Part shown: piece after piece, positions 25,705 to 38,430 of the stretch
Numbering within the stretch: the stretch's first letter is position 1
How the letters are laid out: each line of letters starts with the position of its first letter
Assembly (NCBI RefSeq): GCF_036971445.1
Contig: NC_091478.1
Coordinates: 99,572,001-99,636,000, forward strand
Direction of reading: 5' to 3'
Length of the DNA stretch: 64,000 nt
From: Narcine bancroftii
Taxonomy: Eukaryota
Notes under the pieces: model-generated
What the model saw: only the letters and a program-made list of their open reading frames with translations
Database searches by the model: none
Told to the model about the DNA's origin: nothing
Translations under genes and position numbers: made by a program

Positions 25705-25842
25705 CAACGGTTTTTCTCTCTCCACAGAGGCTGCCCGACGTGAGAATTTTGAGCATTGTTTTTGCTTTCCAATGATTCTTGGCCATATAAAAATAGATAT
25801 TTAATGGAGGTCCTTATCACCTGAAATCTTGTACTCATCTCC
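25705..25842 (-). repeat. Right arm of the 138-bp inverted duplication, abutting an HE1-like SINE head
   Basis: See the left arm; followed by gggttcaatcctga..tgtggagtttgcatg. Confidence 0.95.
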
Positions 25843-26699
25843 ATCCCGTGAAGTGGGTTCAATCCTGATATCTGATGCGGTCTATGTGGAGTTTGCATGT
25901 TTCCACAAGCTGCTCCAGTTCCCTCCACATTCTTAGGTCGTCCAGGTTAATTGGGCCTCTATTGATTGTCCATTGCATATTGGGATGAAGGGTAGAACTG
26001 GGAGAAGTTGATGGGAACATGGTGTATGAGATCAGTGCAGGATTAATGTAAATATTCGTGATCAGTGCATACTTAATGTGACAAAATATTTGTTTATGTA
26101 TCATTTGTTTATGTATCAGACCTCTACTACATTAATATGGTGAATGGTCTCTCTTTTGCTGCCTGGCTAATATTCTCCTACTTTTGTTTGCATGGGCTTT
26201 TGTCTGCAGTAGAGATAAAGATGAGCAGATGGTTTCTCCATCTTATCCTAAGGGAGCGCATCTTAAAAAGAAGACCTGTTGAACACTGACTGAACTTAAA
26301 AGCATTTCACTTGGCAGGTCCACGTTTTATCCACAGATGTCACATAAAGCAGTGACCACAAACCTGCCAATGCTTTATTATTCCAAAACAGTTCTATTTC
26401 CAAAGAGCTTTTGAATTTGGAACCTCTTGAATGAAAATAAACAACAACATTTGACTTACATATACCATGGATCTCCACTACAAGGTGCTAATCCATCTGC
26501 TGATCCATATCCAAAGTCAAGCCATTATATAATTGCATAATTTATCATTTCAATTTAAGTTAATTCAATTTTTTGCATCATCGGGAAATTATGGGGAAAT
26601 GGCAGCTGAGTGGAGTTGAGTCCATGGTCAGTTCAGCCATGATCTTATTAAATGGTGCAGCAGGCTCGACTGGCCAGACGGCCAACTCCTGCTTCTATT

Positions 26700-27125
26700 T
26701 CTCATGTTCTTACACTCGCGCTCATTATCACATGTACCAAAATACAGAGATTATAGCTATTTTGTGAGCAGACCAGTTAGACATGTCATGCATCAGACAA
26801 CAGTTAAGATACAATACAACAATGCAGTGTTACAGAGAGAGAGAGAGAGAGAGATCAGTTGATACAGCGAAAAGGCAACCTGAGGCTTATTCAAGAGTCT
26901 GATGACACACAGAAGAGGAATTGTCCTTGAATTGTGGTGCATGATCTCCGCAGCCTCCTCTATGTCCCTCGTGAATCTTCTTCCTGACGGGAAGTGGATG
27001 AGGAGACCGTGGCCAAGATGAGATGTACTTTTTAATGCATTGGCTGGTCTTCCAAGGCTGCAGTGGCTGGATGGTGTTGATGGAGGGGAGGAGATTTTCT
27101 GTGATGACCTGAGCTGCATTCATGT
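26700..27125 (-). mobile_element. Rex1/Babar 3' end
   Basis: HLGHGLLIHFPSGRRF in ORF 26793-27119. Confidence 0.65.
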
Positions 27126-27874
27126 TTAGGGTTTGAAAGAACAATTTTCCTCCTTGTAGGGAACTAGTGCCAGGACTCAGAGCTTTAAATAAAAATAGGG
27201 AATATGTGAATTTTAAATGGAGGTCAATCTGTGAAGCTCACAACCCTTAGACAAATACAAAGTATCTTTGGAATTCTCAAATTCACAGGGCTAAGAAAGT
27301 GAAAACAAAATAAATGCTGTAATTCTCAACATTCAGGTAGAATATTATGGACAGTGTTAACATTTTCAGTTGCGAATAATTCATCAGAAATGGGATTAGT
27401 TGGAAAGTAAAGTTTAAAGTTGGAGAGAAAGGGGAGATTGGAGAGAACAAAGGGAGTGTTGGAAAAATGGTGAAGTCCGAGAGAATGAATGGCAAAAAGA
27501 GTTGATAGTGTGGGCTGGGAGAGAGAGGTGATGGATTGTTAATCACAGGACTATTAGGGGCTCAAGAGTTATGGAGAACAAACAGGAGAGTGGATTACTG
27601 TTTGGCCAACATGTTATTGATTGATGGGGTAACAGACAAAGACTGTGGAAATCTGCCTCCAGTGCTCATCCATGGTGATTCTGATGACTTTAATAAACTC
27701 AAATGATCTTTGTTAAGAAGAATCTTTGGTGAAGAGAGAAATGGGAGGGGCAAAGGAGGAAAGTGTGATATATAACTATGAAAGATGAACCAAAGTTTTG
27801 GGACCAATGGGATTTGGTGGGGAATTGGTGAGCTTCACCCATTCTGCTTGTACATTTATTAGAGAGTGTTTGTT

Positions 27875-28085
27875 TAAAGTTCAGGTTTATTTTTAGACTA
27901 CATACTGTACATGACTTCACATACAACCCTGATATTCTTTTTCCTGTGGGCGAGGCAGAATTACCATATATTTGTAGTGCAAAAAAACTGTCCTCAATGT
28001 ACAAATGTGAACAAATTAATAAATGTAAAAAATCAATAAATGCAAAAATAAGAGTCCTTACATGAGTGCCAGATTGAGTTTTCAC
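27875..28085 (-). mobile_element. Rex1/Babar 3' UTR
   Basis: catgacttcacatacaaccctgatattcttttt, shared with 62490-62530. Confidence 0.65.
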
Positions 28086-28353
28086 CTTGTTTGCCAATCC
28101 AAAGTAGTGCTAGCACACTTCAACAACAGGAGGTGGCGAGCAGGGGACAAAGAGAATATTGAATAGGTGTCATACTGCCAGAAACCGATGGTCTTATACT
28201 ACCTTTTATAATTGTCCTTTCCATAAATTTGTACTTCTCTTTGGACCCTGCACTATTCGTTAACTCTACATCCAACGTTGTTGCCTTACTTGTCTATTTT
28301 ATTTGTTTATTGCACAACCTGCTGGGTGAGTTCACTTGAATAATGTACATAAA

Positions 28354-28548
28354 GGTTCCATTATTGTCACGTAACACCACATTTAGAATGTAACATACAT
28401 GAAATCCTTTAACTTCGTCTACCATAAGGAAGACAGAGTCGCCACTTTGTCCAGTGCCCCCTCACAGAAATGAGGCCCCAGTGAGGAACAAACTCAAGAC
28501 CCCTGGTTTACAAGGCCAGTGCTCTAACCACTAAGCTCTCGGAGCCTC
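28354..28548 (-). mobile_element. tRNA-Thr(TGT)-derived SINE, copy 2, full length
   Basis: Minus strand reads ggctccgagagcttagtggttagagcactggccttgtaaaccagggg; perfect 8-bp TSD tacataaa at 28346 and 28549. Confidence 0.9.
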
Positions 28549-29354
28549 TACATAAAATTGTATCATTTTTATCAATGTGGAAATATAAAATCAGCTACTG
28601 TATAGAGATATCCATGCTCACAAATAATTTATAAATTCATGTGATCTACTGATCTTCTCAATAACTGAAATCTCCTCAACTAAAAGTTCTGTTTTGCTTG
28701 GCTGGGATCTCTCCTGACGTGTGCCTGTCCAGTGATGGTTGCACCAAAGGACCAATAGTGTGGCTTAGGTACTTACTCTAGATTGCCATCTTCATGAGCA
28801 TTAGATGCATAAAGCACTTGATTCTTATGAACCTTCGAAGTTCAAAGTTTATATTTATTGTCGGAATACATACAAGATATCACATACCCTAAGGTTCCTT
28901 TCTAGTGTGCCAGGAAGAATTTCTAATCATTAGTAACTGTAAATTGTACTCAAGAAGAAAGAAATGTAAGCCAACTGACTTTGAAAATACAGAAATATAA
29001 ATATTCAGCAATAAATAATGAGAAAAACAACAGTCCTTAAATGACTGCCTACATTTTGTTCATATCTAAGCCCAAAATGTTGGTTATGTATCTTTATCTT
29101 TGCTATATAAAGTACACTATTTGACCTGCTGAGTTTCTCCAGCATGATGTTTTTGCCTGTAGAAGTGGTCTTGGACACAACCTCTGAATGATAGAATGCA
29201 TGGATTCCCTGTCAAATAAGTGAATTGTTTCCTCCTCTAATGTTTGGAGAGCTTCCCTGTTGCTGAGGACATTATACTGTGGAACATGATAAGCTGGCCC
29301 TGAATCACAAACCATGGTCAAAAACTATATCCTCAGGAGGGTCAAGAATGAGTC

Positions 29355-29690
29355 ACAAAGAAATAGAGCAGGACAGCACTGAACAGGTTCTTTGGTCGCC
29401 CTCATCCATGACAGCCAAGCTTTCTGCCGAAACTAGTTCCATTCGCTTGCATTCAGCCCATATCTCTCTAAATCTTTCTTATCCATGTACTAGTCTTTTA
29501 AATGTTACAATTGTGCCTACCTCTACTACTCCCTCTGGAAATTTGCTCCACATATCCACCACCCTCTGTTTCAAATCTTTCCCCCTCTCCCCTTAAAACT
29601 ATGCCCTCCCGCTTTAGGTTTCCCGAAGCTTGGAAAAAGAATGTGAAGATTTACCTCATAATTTTCCCAACCTCTATAAGGTCCTGACCC
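29355..29690 (-). mobile_element. CR1 3' end
   Basis: Reverse complement of the CR1 tail region seen at 3900-4270. Confidence 0.7.
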
Positions 29691-30766
29691 CAGAAACTCC
29701 GCTGACTATTCTACAGAGGTGCACAGCTCTTTTGCAACCTGTCCAACTGCTTCGAATATGTTCAGCCAACAAGAGGATGTGGTCAGCTGCCCACTAAAGG
29801 AGATCATCTGGACACCTTCAAGTTTGTACAGGTACCATAGGCAGTGGTGGCTTGCACTCAATCACACTGAACAAATCTTCACCAGCCATTCATCCTCCTG
29901 AATAATCCCAGGACATTTCTTATCCACCACTGCGTGCTAAGCATGGATATCCTCAGTTTTGCACCTATGTGTCTCATTAGTGATTGCACTGCAGGGAACC
30001 TTGAATCACCAATGCTGTTTATTCAAGGGATCTCTTCTCTTCAGTGACTACGATCTCACCATCCCACCAGGGGTCTCCGAGGAGTATCTTTACTGGTGGT
30101 CCTGGCAGTCTGTTCAGCTGTGAATAGAAACAACAAATTTGCAACAGAAGAAACTTGCCCTTTTCCAAATGTGTACCCATATGGGAGCCGTGACTGCACA
30201 GCAACTGTAGCTTTCTGCTTCAACAAAACAACACTATCATCCAGATGTGGCAGCAGGATGAATGTTCATTACAGATCATAAAGGTGTAGGGGAAACTCCA
30301 CAGGTCACACAGCAAAAGGAAATTGATGTTTTGGGCCTGAGCCCTCTGTCAGGAGTGCTGAAAAATCAGGTGGAAGGGGAAGGCGGGGGATGGGGAAAGG
30401 GAAAGGAGGGAGTAGAAGGAGAAAGAACACTGGCTAACAGATAATTAGTGGACACGGCTGAGGGGGTGCAGAAGAAAACAAAGTTGAGAAGTGATAGAGT
30501 TCTTCTAGGAGTTTACTTTTTGTTCCAATTTCCTGTATTTCCACCCATCTATACTAGGCTCATTTAACTAAATTATTCCAAAATATATAATGTTTATATA
30601 ATCTTTGTGTGTATGTATGTGATTATCATGTGTTATGTATGTGTGTGCACCATGACCCAGAGTCAGATGATAGAAAAAAAAACCTGAACTTGAACTTGAG
30701 CCAGAGGTCAACCATCCTCTAGCTGAAAATAATCCTCCACAAATTCCCTCTAAACCACTTAATCCT

Positions 30767-30959
30767 TGCAGTGAACTGGAATTCACTGACTGTATGTAGT
30801 TCCGATGGCTGGCTCCTCCCTTGGCTCGACCCTCACCTAACCCAATATAAAACCTGGGCTTCCCGTCTAATCTCAGATATCTACCTGCCATTGGTTGTAA
30901 GCTATTAAAAACGTATTTGTGCTCCTTCCAAGTCCCTGAGTGCAATCAGTCGCGTTTCA
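30767..30959 (+). mobile_element. Short solo LTR nested in an antisense CR1 tail
   Basis: tgcagtgaac...cgcgtttca, TATAAAA near 30846, ATTAAA near 30904, flanks atcct / ctcct. Confidence 0.7.
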
Positions 30960-32731
30960 CTCCTCACCCTGATACTCTATTCCTCAGCTTAAGACATGAA
31001 TGTTATAGGAGAAAATTTACTCTCTGTGTGTTCATAATTTTGTATGCTTTAACAGGTCCCCTCTCAATCTTCTCGACGAAAAAAAAGCCTGTGATGCGGG
31101 ATGCATTGCATAGACTGTGACCCTGGAATGGTAAAGCCATAAAATGTGTTACAAAAATGCTAATTCTATGTAATTCACTGCTTTACATAAGTCTTCTGTG
31201 CGACAGAGTGCAATTTGTATGTCATCAGATGTGCGTGTGTGCTCCAGTGAAATAAGGGAGTTTGCATTGTATAACTTGGCAAAGTAAATCAACACCCCAC
31301 TCATGACAGACTAAAGACTTCAGATATTAGTAGCAGTCACTGATCCAAGTCCTTTGTGATTTCTACAGACACTTCAAGGTGAGAACAGCAACACTATTAA
31401 GGCTAGAATAGATAAATGGAGATCTCTTGAGAACATCAAAGCAGCTTTTTGTTCAAATCTCTCCAACACTGTTTGAACACACCTGTTACTGAATCTATTA
31501 TACTCAAATCAGAGTTTTTATGGAAAAACATTAAATGCATCCCTGCTGACTTAAATCCTCATTAGCAAATCTCAAGCACAAACCTGATGCACTTGAGGCT
31601 CTTTTTCAGTCACTTCTGCTTATCTTTAATCTTTATGATTAGAGGCATCCCAGTTAAAGGGAAATGCAAAGACAGGAACAAAACTGGACGTAATTAAGCC
31701 AACAGCTGTAGAAAAGAGACACTTCAAAGAGAAGTGGAATGGTTTAATATTCACTGGGAAATTCTCAAGAAGGATATCAATGCATTCATCTGGATTCCTC
31801 AGCTTCCTCTTGTTTTAACTGTGGCACTGAACTCAGTTTCAAACAGCTTACTGTTTCCTGCATTATAATGTTTATTTTTTTTTAATCAATTGACTATGGG
31901 ATCAGGACATCATTTAGCAACTGATAATACCTATTTGGACCTGAGTTTATACTTCTTCCATTTCAGAGAGAGAAAAAAACACATTGCTGTTGGATTGGAC
32001 TTAAAATTTCAAGATTGCTTGATGGTTTTCCTTTGCCCTGTAAAGGGCACTCAAAGAAGTCCCACTAGAATAGAGCCACTATCAAGATGAGAAAGCGGAG
32101 CAAAGGAGAGTCCCCTCAGAGACGGATCTCACTACCTCCTCTGATCTGTTGCCTCCTGCTCTCCTATAACCTAGGTAGCCACACACACTCCTGTCCGGTT
32201 CAGCGATGAACCAGAATTCCAAGTCTCCAAGTATAGACCAAGCATGTATTCTTCAGTGAGGGACATCAATGACCATCAACTTCAGCAACAATCTACTCCC
32301 TTTCACAATCACCAAACACCCCGCCACTAGCATTTTATTCCAGGTGTACTTAATTAGTTGAATTTAAAGCTCCTCTTGTCACGTCTCCAGATCAATATTG
32401 GATTTTCATCCAATGCTTAACCACTCTATCACTACTTCTACTTCAAATTGTCTGAGCCAGAGTCTCTGCTAATATAGAAAATGGAGGCGTTTAAACAGAC
32501 TCCACAGGTTCATGGCTGCGGACACGCAGAGAAACAACAAGGAATATTTGTTTGTCAGTAATGTTGATTGAGCAATTAATAAAACTCAGAACACTGGGAT
32601 AATTCCCAAAGATGTTACAGGGACTGAAGTTATAAGAAGAGCCTGGACAGACTGGCAGACAGGATGGTAAAAGATCAAGTTTGACTGTACACATATATCC
32701 AGATGAAACAATGTTGGGTGTATGGAATGTT

Positions 32732-32966
32732 NNNNNNNNNNNNNNNNNNNNNNNNNNNNNNNNNNNNNNNNNNNNNNNNNNNNNNNNNNNNNNNNNNNNN
32801 NNNNNNNNNNNNNNNNNNNNNNNNNNNNNNNNNNNNNNNNNNNNNNNNNNNNNNNNNNNNNNNNNNNNNNNNNNNNNNNNNNNNNNNNNNNNNNNNNNNN
32901 NNNNNNNNNNNNNNNNNNNNNNNNNNNNNNNNNNNNNNNNNNNNNNNNNNNNNNNNNNNNNNNNNN
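32732..32966. other. Assembly gap (N run)
   Basis: Run of N. Confidence 1.
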
Positions 32967-33619
32967 TGGGGAGGCTCAGAGATGGAGAAGATGAGCAAAT
33001 TTAAGTTCCTGGAAGTCACTATCTCACCCTTAGAAATCCTTAGAATATTAGAAGTTTTTAAAAAGCTTGTTGAAATTCAGTGTCTAGAGGAGACGTGAAA
33101 AGTGAGAGGTGAAAAGTTAGAAGCAGTATTGAGTTTTCAGCGACTGGTACCAATTGAAACAACCTCTCTGTGCCTAAGGATGGAGTCAAAGCTGAGAATG
33201 CAGGAATGCAAGAAGAGATAAGGGAAGATAAAGGGTCCTCATGCTTCCTCTGAGTCTGAACACTTTTTCTAAATGGCATGTTCCTCCACCTTGATGCATA
33301 ATCTATGAGACTACAAGTGGGGAGGGGAGAAGAGGGGAAAGGAGAAAGGAGTCGCTGCTTGAGCTACATGTAATGGTTTACTTCGAGTATGCTATAATTT
33401 TAGATCACGTGAGTTTGTGACTGATATAACCTTTTTCTAACTTGCTTGAATGTATAAATATTTGATCCATTCCTTTGTTGGGCAGAGACCCTACGAGACT
33501 GTTTCCAGTGAGACAGCAAAAGAGGGCTTCTCCAGGTAGCTACCTCATAAAGAGTTAACTCGTGCATCTCTCTGTGCTGCGCCTGTTTGCTTCAGGAGCG
33601 ACGAAAACCAGAACCACAG

Positions 33620-34050
33620 GACACTGCGTTGCAGTTGCACAAGACGCTGGTGAGATGACATCTGGAATATTGGGAGCAGTTCTGGTCGCCCAGCTCTCGG
33701 AGAGATGTCATTAATTTGGAAAGGGTGCAAAAAAGATTCACAAAGATGTTGTCAGGACTGTGGGCTTGAATTACAGGCTGGGACATTTTCCCCTGTAGCA
33801 TAGAGAAAGCTGAGGGATGACCTTATGGAGGTATATAAAATCATAAGGGGCATAGATAAGTCATCATAGAAGTTCCCAGGGAGTCTAAAAGCATAGATTG
33901 AATGTGAGAGGGGAAAGATTTGAGAGGGTCCTGAGGGTGTTTGATGTAGCCAGAGGAAGTGTTGGAGGAGACTACAATTACAATGTTTAAAAGATATTTG
34001 GACAGATGCATTAATGGGAACAGTTCAAAGGGATAAATGGGTAAATGGGA
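33620..34050 (+). mobile_element. CR1 3' part
   Basis: LEYWEQFWSP..LERVQKRFTKML motif; tail ctatgactc. Confidence 0.85.
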
Positions 34051-34484
34051 TGTGCTCAGGTCAACGTAGGCCTAAAGGCCTGTTTTTGGGCTGGAAATCT
34101 ATGACTCCGATTTGCCAGAAGGAGACATGGGAAATCTACTTAGGTTCAGGCTGCTCGGTCAGATTCACGGAGAGTGACACATCTCACGGCTGGAATTTCT
34201 GTGAACCGCCGATTCCACTCAGGTACTGCCCAATTATGGACATCTGATGGTAGATTCAATGGGGATCTCTGAAGAAAAATTTTCCAAAACATAATCCTTT
34301 TACAAAGCAAAAGACTTTGAGCAGACCATCAACTTAGGATTGAGGGTAAGAGGAGTGTTATAGATTCAACCATTTTTCACTATTTTATTCTCATATACAC
34401 AGGCTCTAAAGAGTTCTGGAAAGAAGTAATAAAGTTCAACTATCATTGTCTGCACCTTGCACAAAATCTAAACAATGTGTCCAT

Positions 34485-34830
34485 GGCCTCATGCATTGCC
34501 AAATTGGTGCCACCTGTAAATTGAAGGATCTATACCTTATATGACGTCTTGGTGGTCTCCTGCCTGATGGCATCAATACTCACATCTCTAATTGCCCCCC
34601 ATCTCTCTCTTTCCCTAACCTTCTTTCCTCCACTTCTCATCTTCTTTCTCTTCTACACTCCCACTTGTATCCATCTCTTGCCTCTTAGCCTGTGCTTCTC
34701 CACCTTGATCCTTCTCAAAATGTTGGTTGCCCTTTACTTCCCCTGGACGTTGTGTGACCTGCTGAGCTTCTCCAGTAGGTTTGAGTACTGCACTTGACCC
34801 CAGCACCTGCAGACTGTTTTGTTTAGTAAC
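34485..34830 (+). mobile_element. Penelope-like element 3' remnant
   Basis: cacctgtaaattgaagga..gcctgatggcatcaat; ctgctgagcttctccag..cacttgaccccagcacctgcagac. Confidence 0.7.
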
Positions 34831-34889
34831 CAGGAGCAGTGAGACAGAGAGGAACTGGGAAGAAATTCCGGACCTCGAGAACTCGGTGG

Positions 34890-35070
34890 CTGAAGGCATA
34901 GCTGCCAAAGAAAAACTGGTGGCTTTAGCAATAGTGGAGAACCACAGAGATCATGGAAGACGGAAGAGCTTGGATGAAATTCCAAAGAGAGGGGATGCGT
35001 CAATGGAGGCCATCAGGACTTTTTACTTGTCCAATTAGTGTGCACTCATTTCAAAGCAGACGGCGATAAA
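34890..35070 (+). pseudogene. Possible decayed THAP-domain coding remnant (DNA transposon)
   Basis: Across frameshifts: GG(F)SN..RDHGRR / RAWMKFQREGMRQWRPS / LVCTHFK, which fits the THAP spacing W..W.P..C..HF. Confidence 0.35.
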
Positions 35071-35974
35071 TAAATATTTGATATTTGTTGATCATTATGC
35101 TAACTCATTTTAATTTTATGGGATAATAGTTGTAGCAAATTACACCCAGTGCATACGGAGCAAAAGCTGTTATGTTTCAGAAAGCAAAGATAGTGTGGCG
35201 TTGCATGGATCTTGCATGAGATGGTTCAGCACAGAAAGGGTTAAAGCATGCTTTCTCATTTCAAAGCTGGAAGCACTCCAAATATTTTAACCAAACCATC
35301 TGGATGAGGTTCGATTGAGACACTGACAATAATTAAGAACACTTTACTGTATATGAAGTGACCTTTGGAGTTAACTTCCTTGAATATTATGAAGAAGCCA
35401 TGGAACATCTGGGCAAGTTAAAGTTAAAACAGCTGGCTTTCATGCATAAATTTGATTCCATTCATTGCTCTGGAAACCTGGGAGTTAATTGCAGATTATC
35501 CATGTCTCTGAGCTGACTTGCGAGATTAATTCTTTTACATTTTCTCTCCAGCAGCTACAAAAAAAAAACCATAAAGATCTACCCCAATGAGTTAAGCACT
35601 GGACCATTCAGTTCCACTCCCATTGATGCTGAGAGTCCCGTCGTCACTGCTGTTATCAGGGAATGGTGCCAGATTTTTGAATCTATTATCCTACTCAAGT
35701 GATAATTTCAGAGAGTAATCCCTTTTTATGTGGAAAAAAAAAGTTTTCTTTTGCATTTGTTTATCTTGCAGATATGGTTCAAATTCAATCTTGAGGAGAG
35801 TGTTTTCAAATATATATTTTACTGAGTTGCACCAAACTTGCCCTTGCACTGCATTGCGGCAATTATACCAAAGCGCAATCATTGAGGGGAAATTCAACAA
35901 AACATGGCATCCAGTTTTGCTCGTCGAAAGCTTGCGCAGAATAGAAAAGACTCATGGCCACATGATAAAATTGG

Positions 35975-36810
35975 CCATCACCTTTAGAGTGAAAACACTC
36001 TCACAGTGCCGGCAAGCTGGGTTTAAATTTAGTGCTGGCTGCAAGGCGTTTGTACATCCTCCCTGTGACCTGTGTGGGTTTTCCATGGGAGCTCTGATTT
36101 CTTCCCACCCTATAAAAGGTACAGGGTCGGCAGGTTAATTGGGTGTAATTCACGGGCCGGTGAACTTTCTACCATGTTGTCTCATTAAAATTTCTGGTCT
36201 CCTTACTTGAGGAAGGATGGACTGGCTTTGAAGGCGGTGCAGGTTGATTCCAGGTTGATTCCAGAGATGAGGGGGTTAGCCCACGAGGAGAGATTGAGTT
36301 GACTGGGACTGTACTGAGTGGAATTTAAATGAATGAGAGGGAATCTTATAAGAACATAGAATTATGAAAGGCAGAGATAAGATAGAGGTAGATGTTTATA
36401 TTGGCGGGGGAGACCAGACTAGGGGACACAGCCTCAAGATTCAGGATAGAGGTTAGGACAAATTGCTTTTCCCAGAGGATGATGAATCTGTGGAATTTGC
36501 TGCCCATTGAAGCAGTGGACTCAGTAAGTATATTTAAGACAATGTTGGATAGATTTGTACATAGTAGGCGAATCAAGGGTTAAGGGGAAAAAACAGGTAG
36601 GTAGAGATGAGCCTCTTATCAGATTAATGATGATGTCATTGACTGGCCGAGCAGCCTACTCCTGCTCCCATTTCTTTTGTCTTTGGACCCAGATAAAACT
36701 CACGCAGACGTGGAGTGAATATACAAACCCCTTACAGACAGCAGCGGATTCAAACCCAGGTCACTAGCACCGTAATAGCCTTGTGCTAACTGGTATACTT
36801 ACTCTGTCAC
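35975..36810. mobile_element. HE1-like SINE (+), CR1 3' part (+, about 36195-36685) and HE1-like SINE (-)
   Basis: NCFSQRMMNLWNLLP..FKTMLDRF in ORF 36392-36583; SINE motifs on both flanks. Confidence 0.8.
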
Positions 36811-37339
36811 CCAACTTAAACTGTTTATTTTTCCATAGGTGATGCTGTGAATTTTCAGCATCTGTCAGATGTCCACATATCCCCAGATACACAAGAGAGG
36901 GCAGATGCTGGCATCCAGAGCAAGAAACAGGAACTCAGGAGGTCGAGCTCCTACTGATGCTGCCCAGTAAGTATCTCAAGAAGATTGAGTTTTGTTCAAG
37001 CGACTTTGTTTTTTCATTTAAATTTTTAGGAACTATGCAATCTGTTTTATTAGTAGAGAAGTAATGACATCCTAACACCTGTACTCAGTACCCTGACTAA
37101 GGAAAGCAAGTATTCCAGGTGACTTTGTCACCACCCTGTCTACCTGTGTGGGTACATTCAAGGATCTCGAGCCTGTGCCCTTTGATCTCTCAGTTCTACA
37201 AGACTATTCAGGTCTCATCTTTTTATTGTGAAGTCAGACGACTGAATCCATATCAGGGTTACTGCTGGATGAACTGACATGCATGGAAGAAACTACTCAC
37301 TGGATCAAGTCAGGAGATATTTTTATTTGAAAAGAGAAC

Positions 37340-37930
37340 GTCAAGTCAAGTTTATTATCATTTGATTGCACAAGTAGAATCCAATGAGACAGCGTTCTCC
37401 AGTCCCCGGTGCAAAACACACAGACACAAAACCAGACATAACACACATACAGATAAGCAATTCGTATGCAAGACAAGTGTTCATATATACAAATAAATAA
37501 ATATTGTTTCATAAATGAGAATCTCAGATGGTTAGTGTGAGCAGTTCCTTTTAGTTGTTCAGTATTCTCACTAACCATGGGACAAAATTATTTCTCAGCC
37601 TGATGGTGCTGGCTCTGAGACTCATGTAACTCTTTCTCTATGGGAGCAGCTAAAAGATGCTGCGTGGAAGGGGTGAATTTTCATGCCCTCTTCAGTCAAC
37701 AATCCCAGTAGATCATCTCGATGGGGGGGGGAGGGAGACTCCAGAGATCCTCTCTGCCGCTCTTATGGTCCTGTGGATTGACTTCTGATTTATTTCTCTG
37801 CACCAATCATACCACACTGTGATACAGCTGGTCAGGACACTCTTGATGGCTCCTGTAGAAGGCTGTCAGTACCCTTGCCCCCTTCACTCTTCTCAGGAAG
37901 TGTACTTGCTGCTGCGCCTTCCTGACAAGG
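37340..37930 (-). mobile_element. Rex1/Babar 3' part
   Basis: LVRKAQQQVHFLRRVK in ORF 37807-38097; (cttga)n tail. Confidence 0.85.
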
Positions 37931-37964
37931 AAGGGCCATTTTGACAACATTTTACAGAAGTGCA

Positions 37965-38430
37965 ATTGAGTGTGCCCTTTTTGGCTGCAGCATTGTGTGG
38001 AACAGTAGCTGCAAAGCATCAGACCAGAATAAATGCAGAGGATCTTCAAAATGGCCGAGAAGATGCCTGGGGCCTCCCTATTCTCGTATGACAACATTTA
38101 CTAGAAGTATTGTTTAAATAGGCTCGAAGAATTCAGGAGAACTCTTTCCAAGCAGCACACAGTATTTTTGATCCACTACCTTCAGGAAGGAGGTGCAAGA
38201 ACATCAAAATCAGGACTGCCAGGCTAGGAAATTGCTTCTTCCCACAGGCTATAAGATTGATGAAGGGTATGCTGTAAATGAGTAAATAATTCTAAATTAT
38301 CTATATATAAATAATGTAGAGAGAGATTTTGATTACTATGTGCTAGGTACCGCATTTATTTGTGTGTGTACCATGATCTGGAGAAAAACTTTTTCATCTG
38401 GTTGTATGTGAATAGTCAGATGACCATGAA
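37965..38430 (+). mobile_element. Rex1/Babar 3' part, head-to-head with the previous copy
   Basis: FDPLPSGRRC..RTARLGNCFFPQAIRL. Confidence 0.75.

Noticed and set aside
24747-25928. Two paralogous small proteins sharing EMSTRFQVIRTSIK...
   Set aside because: The peptide identity is a by-product of the DNA inverted duplication; there is no coding signature.
31584-31705. Minus-strand exon candidate with a strong acceptor
   Set aside because: Stop codons in all three frames.
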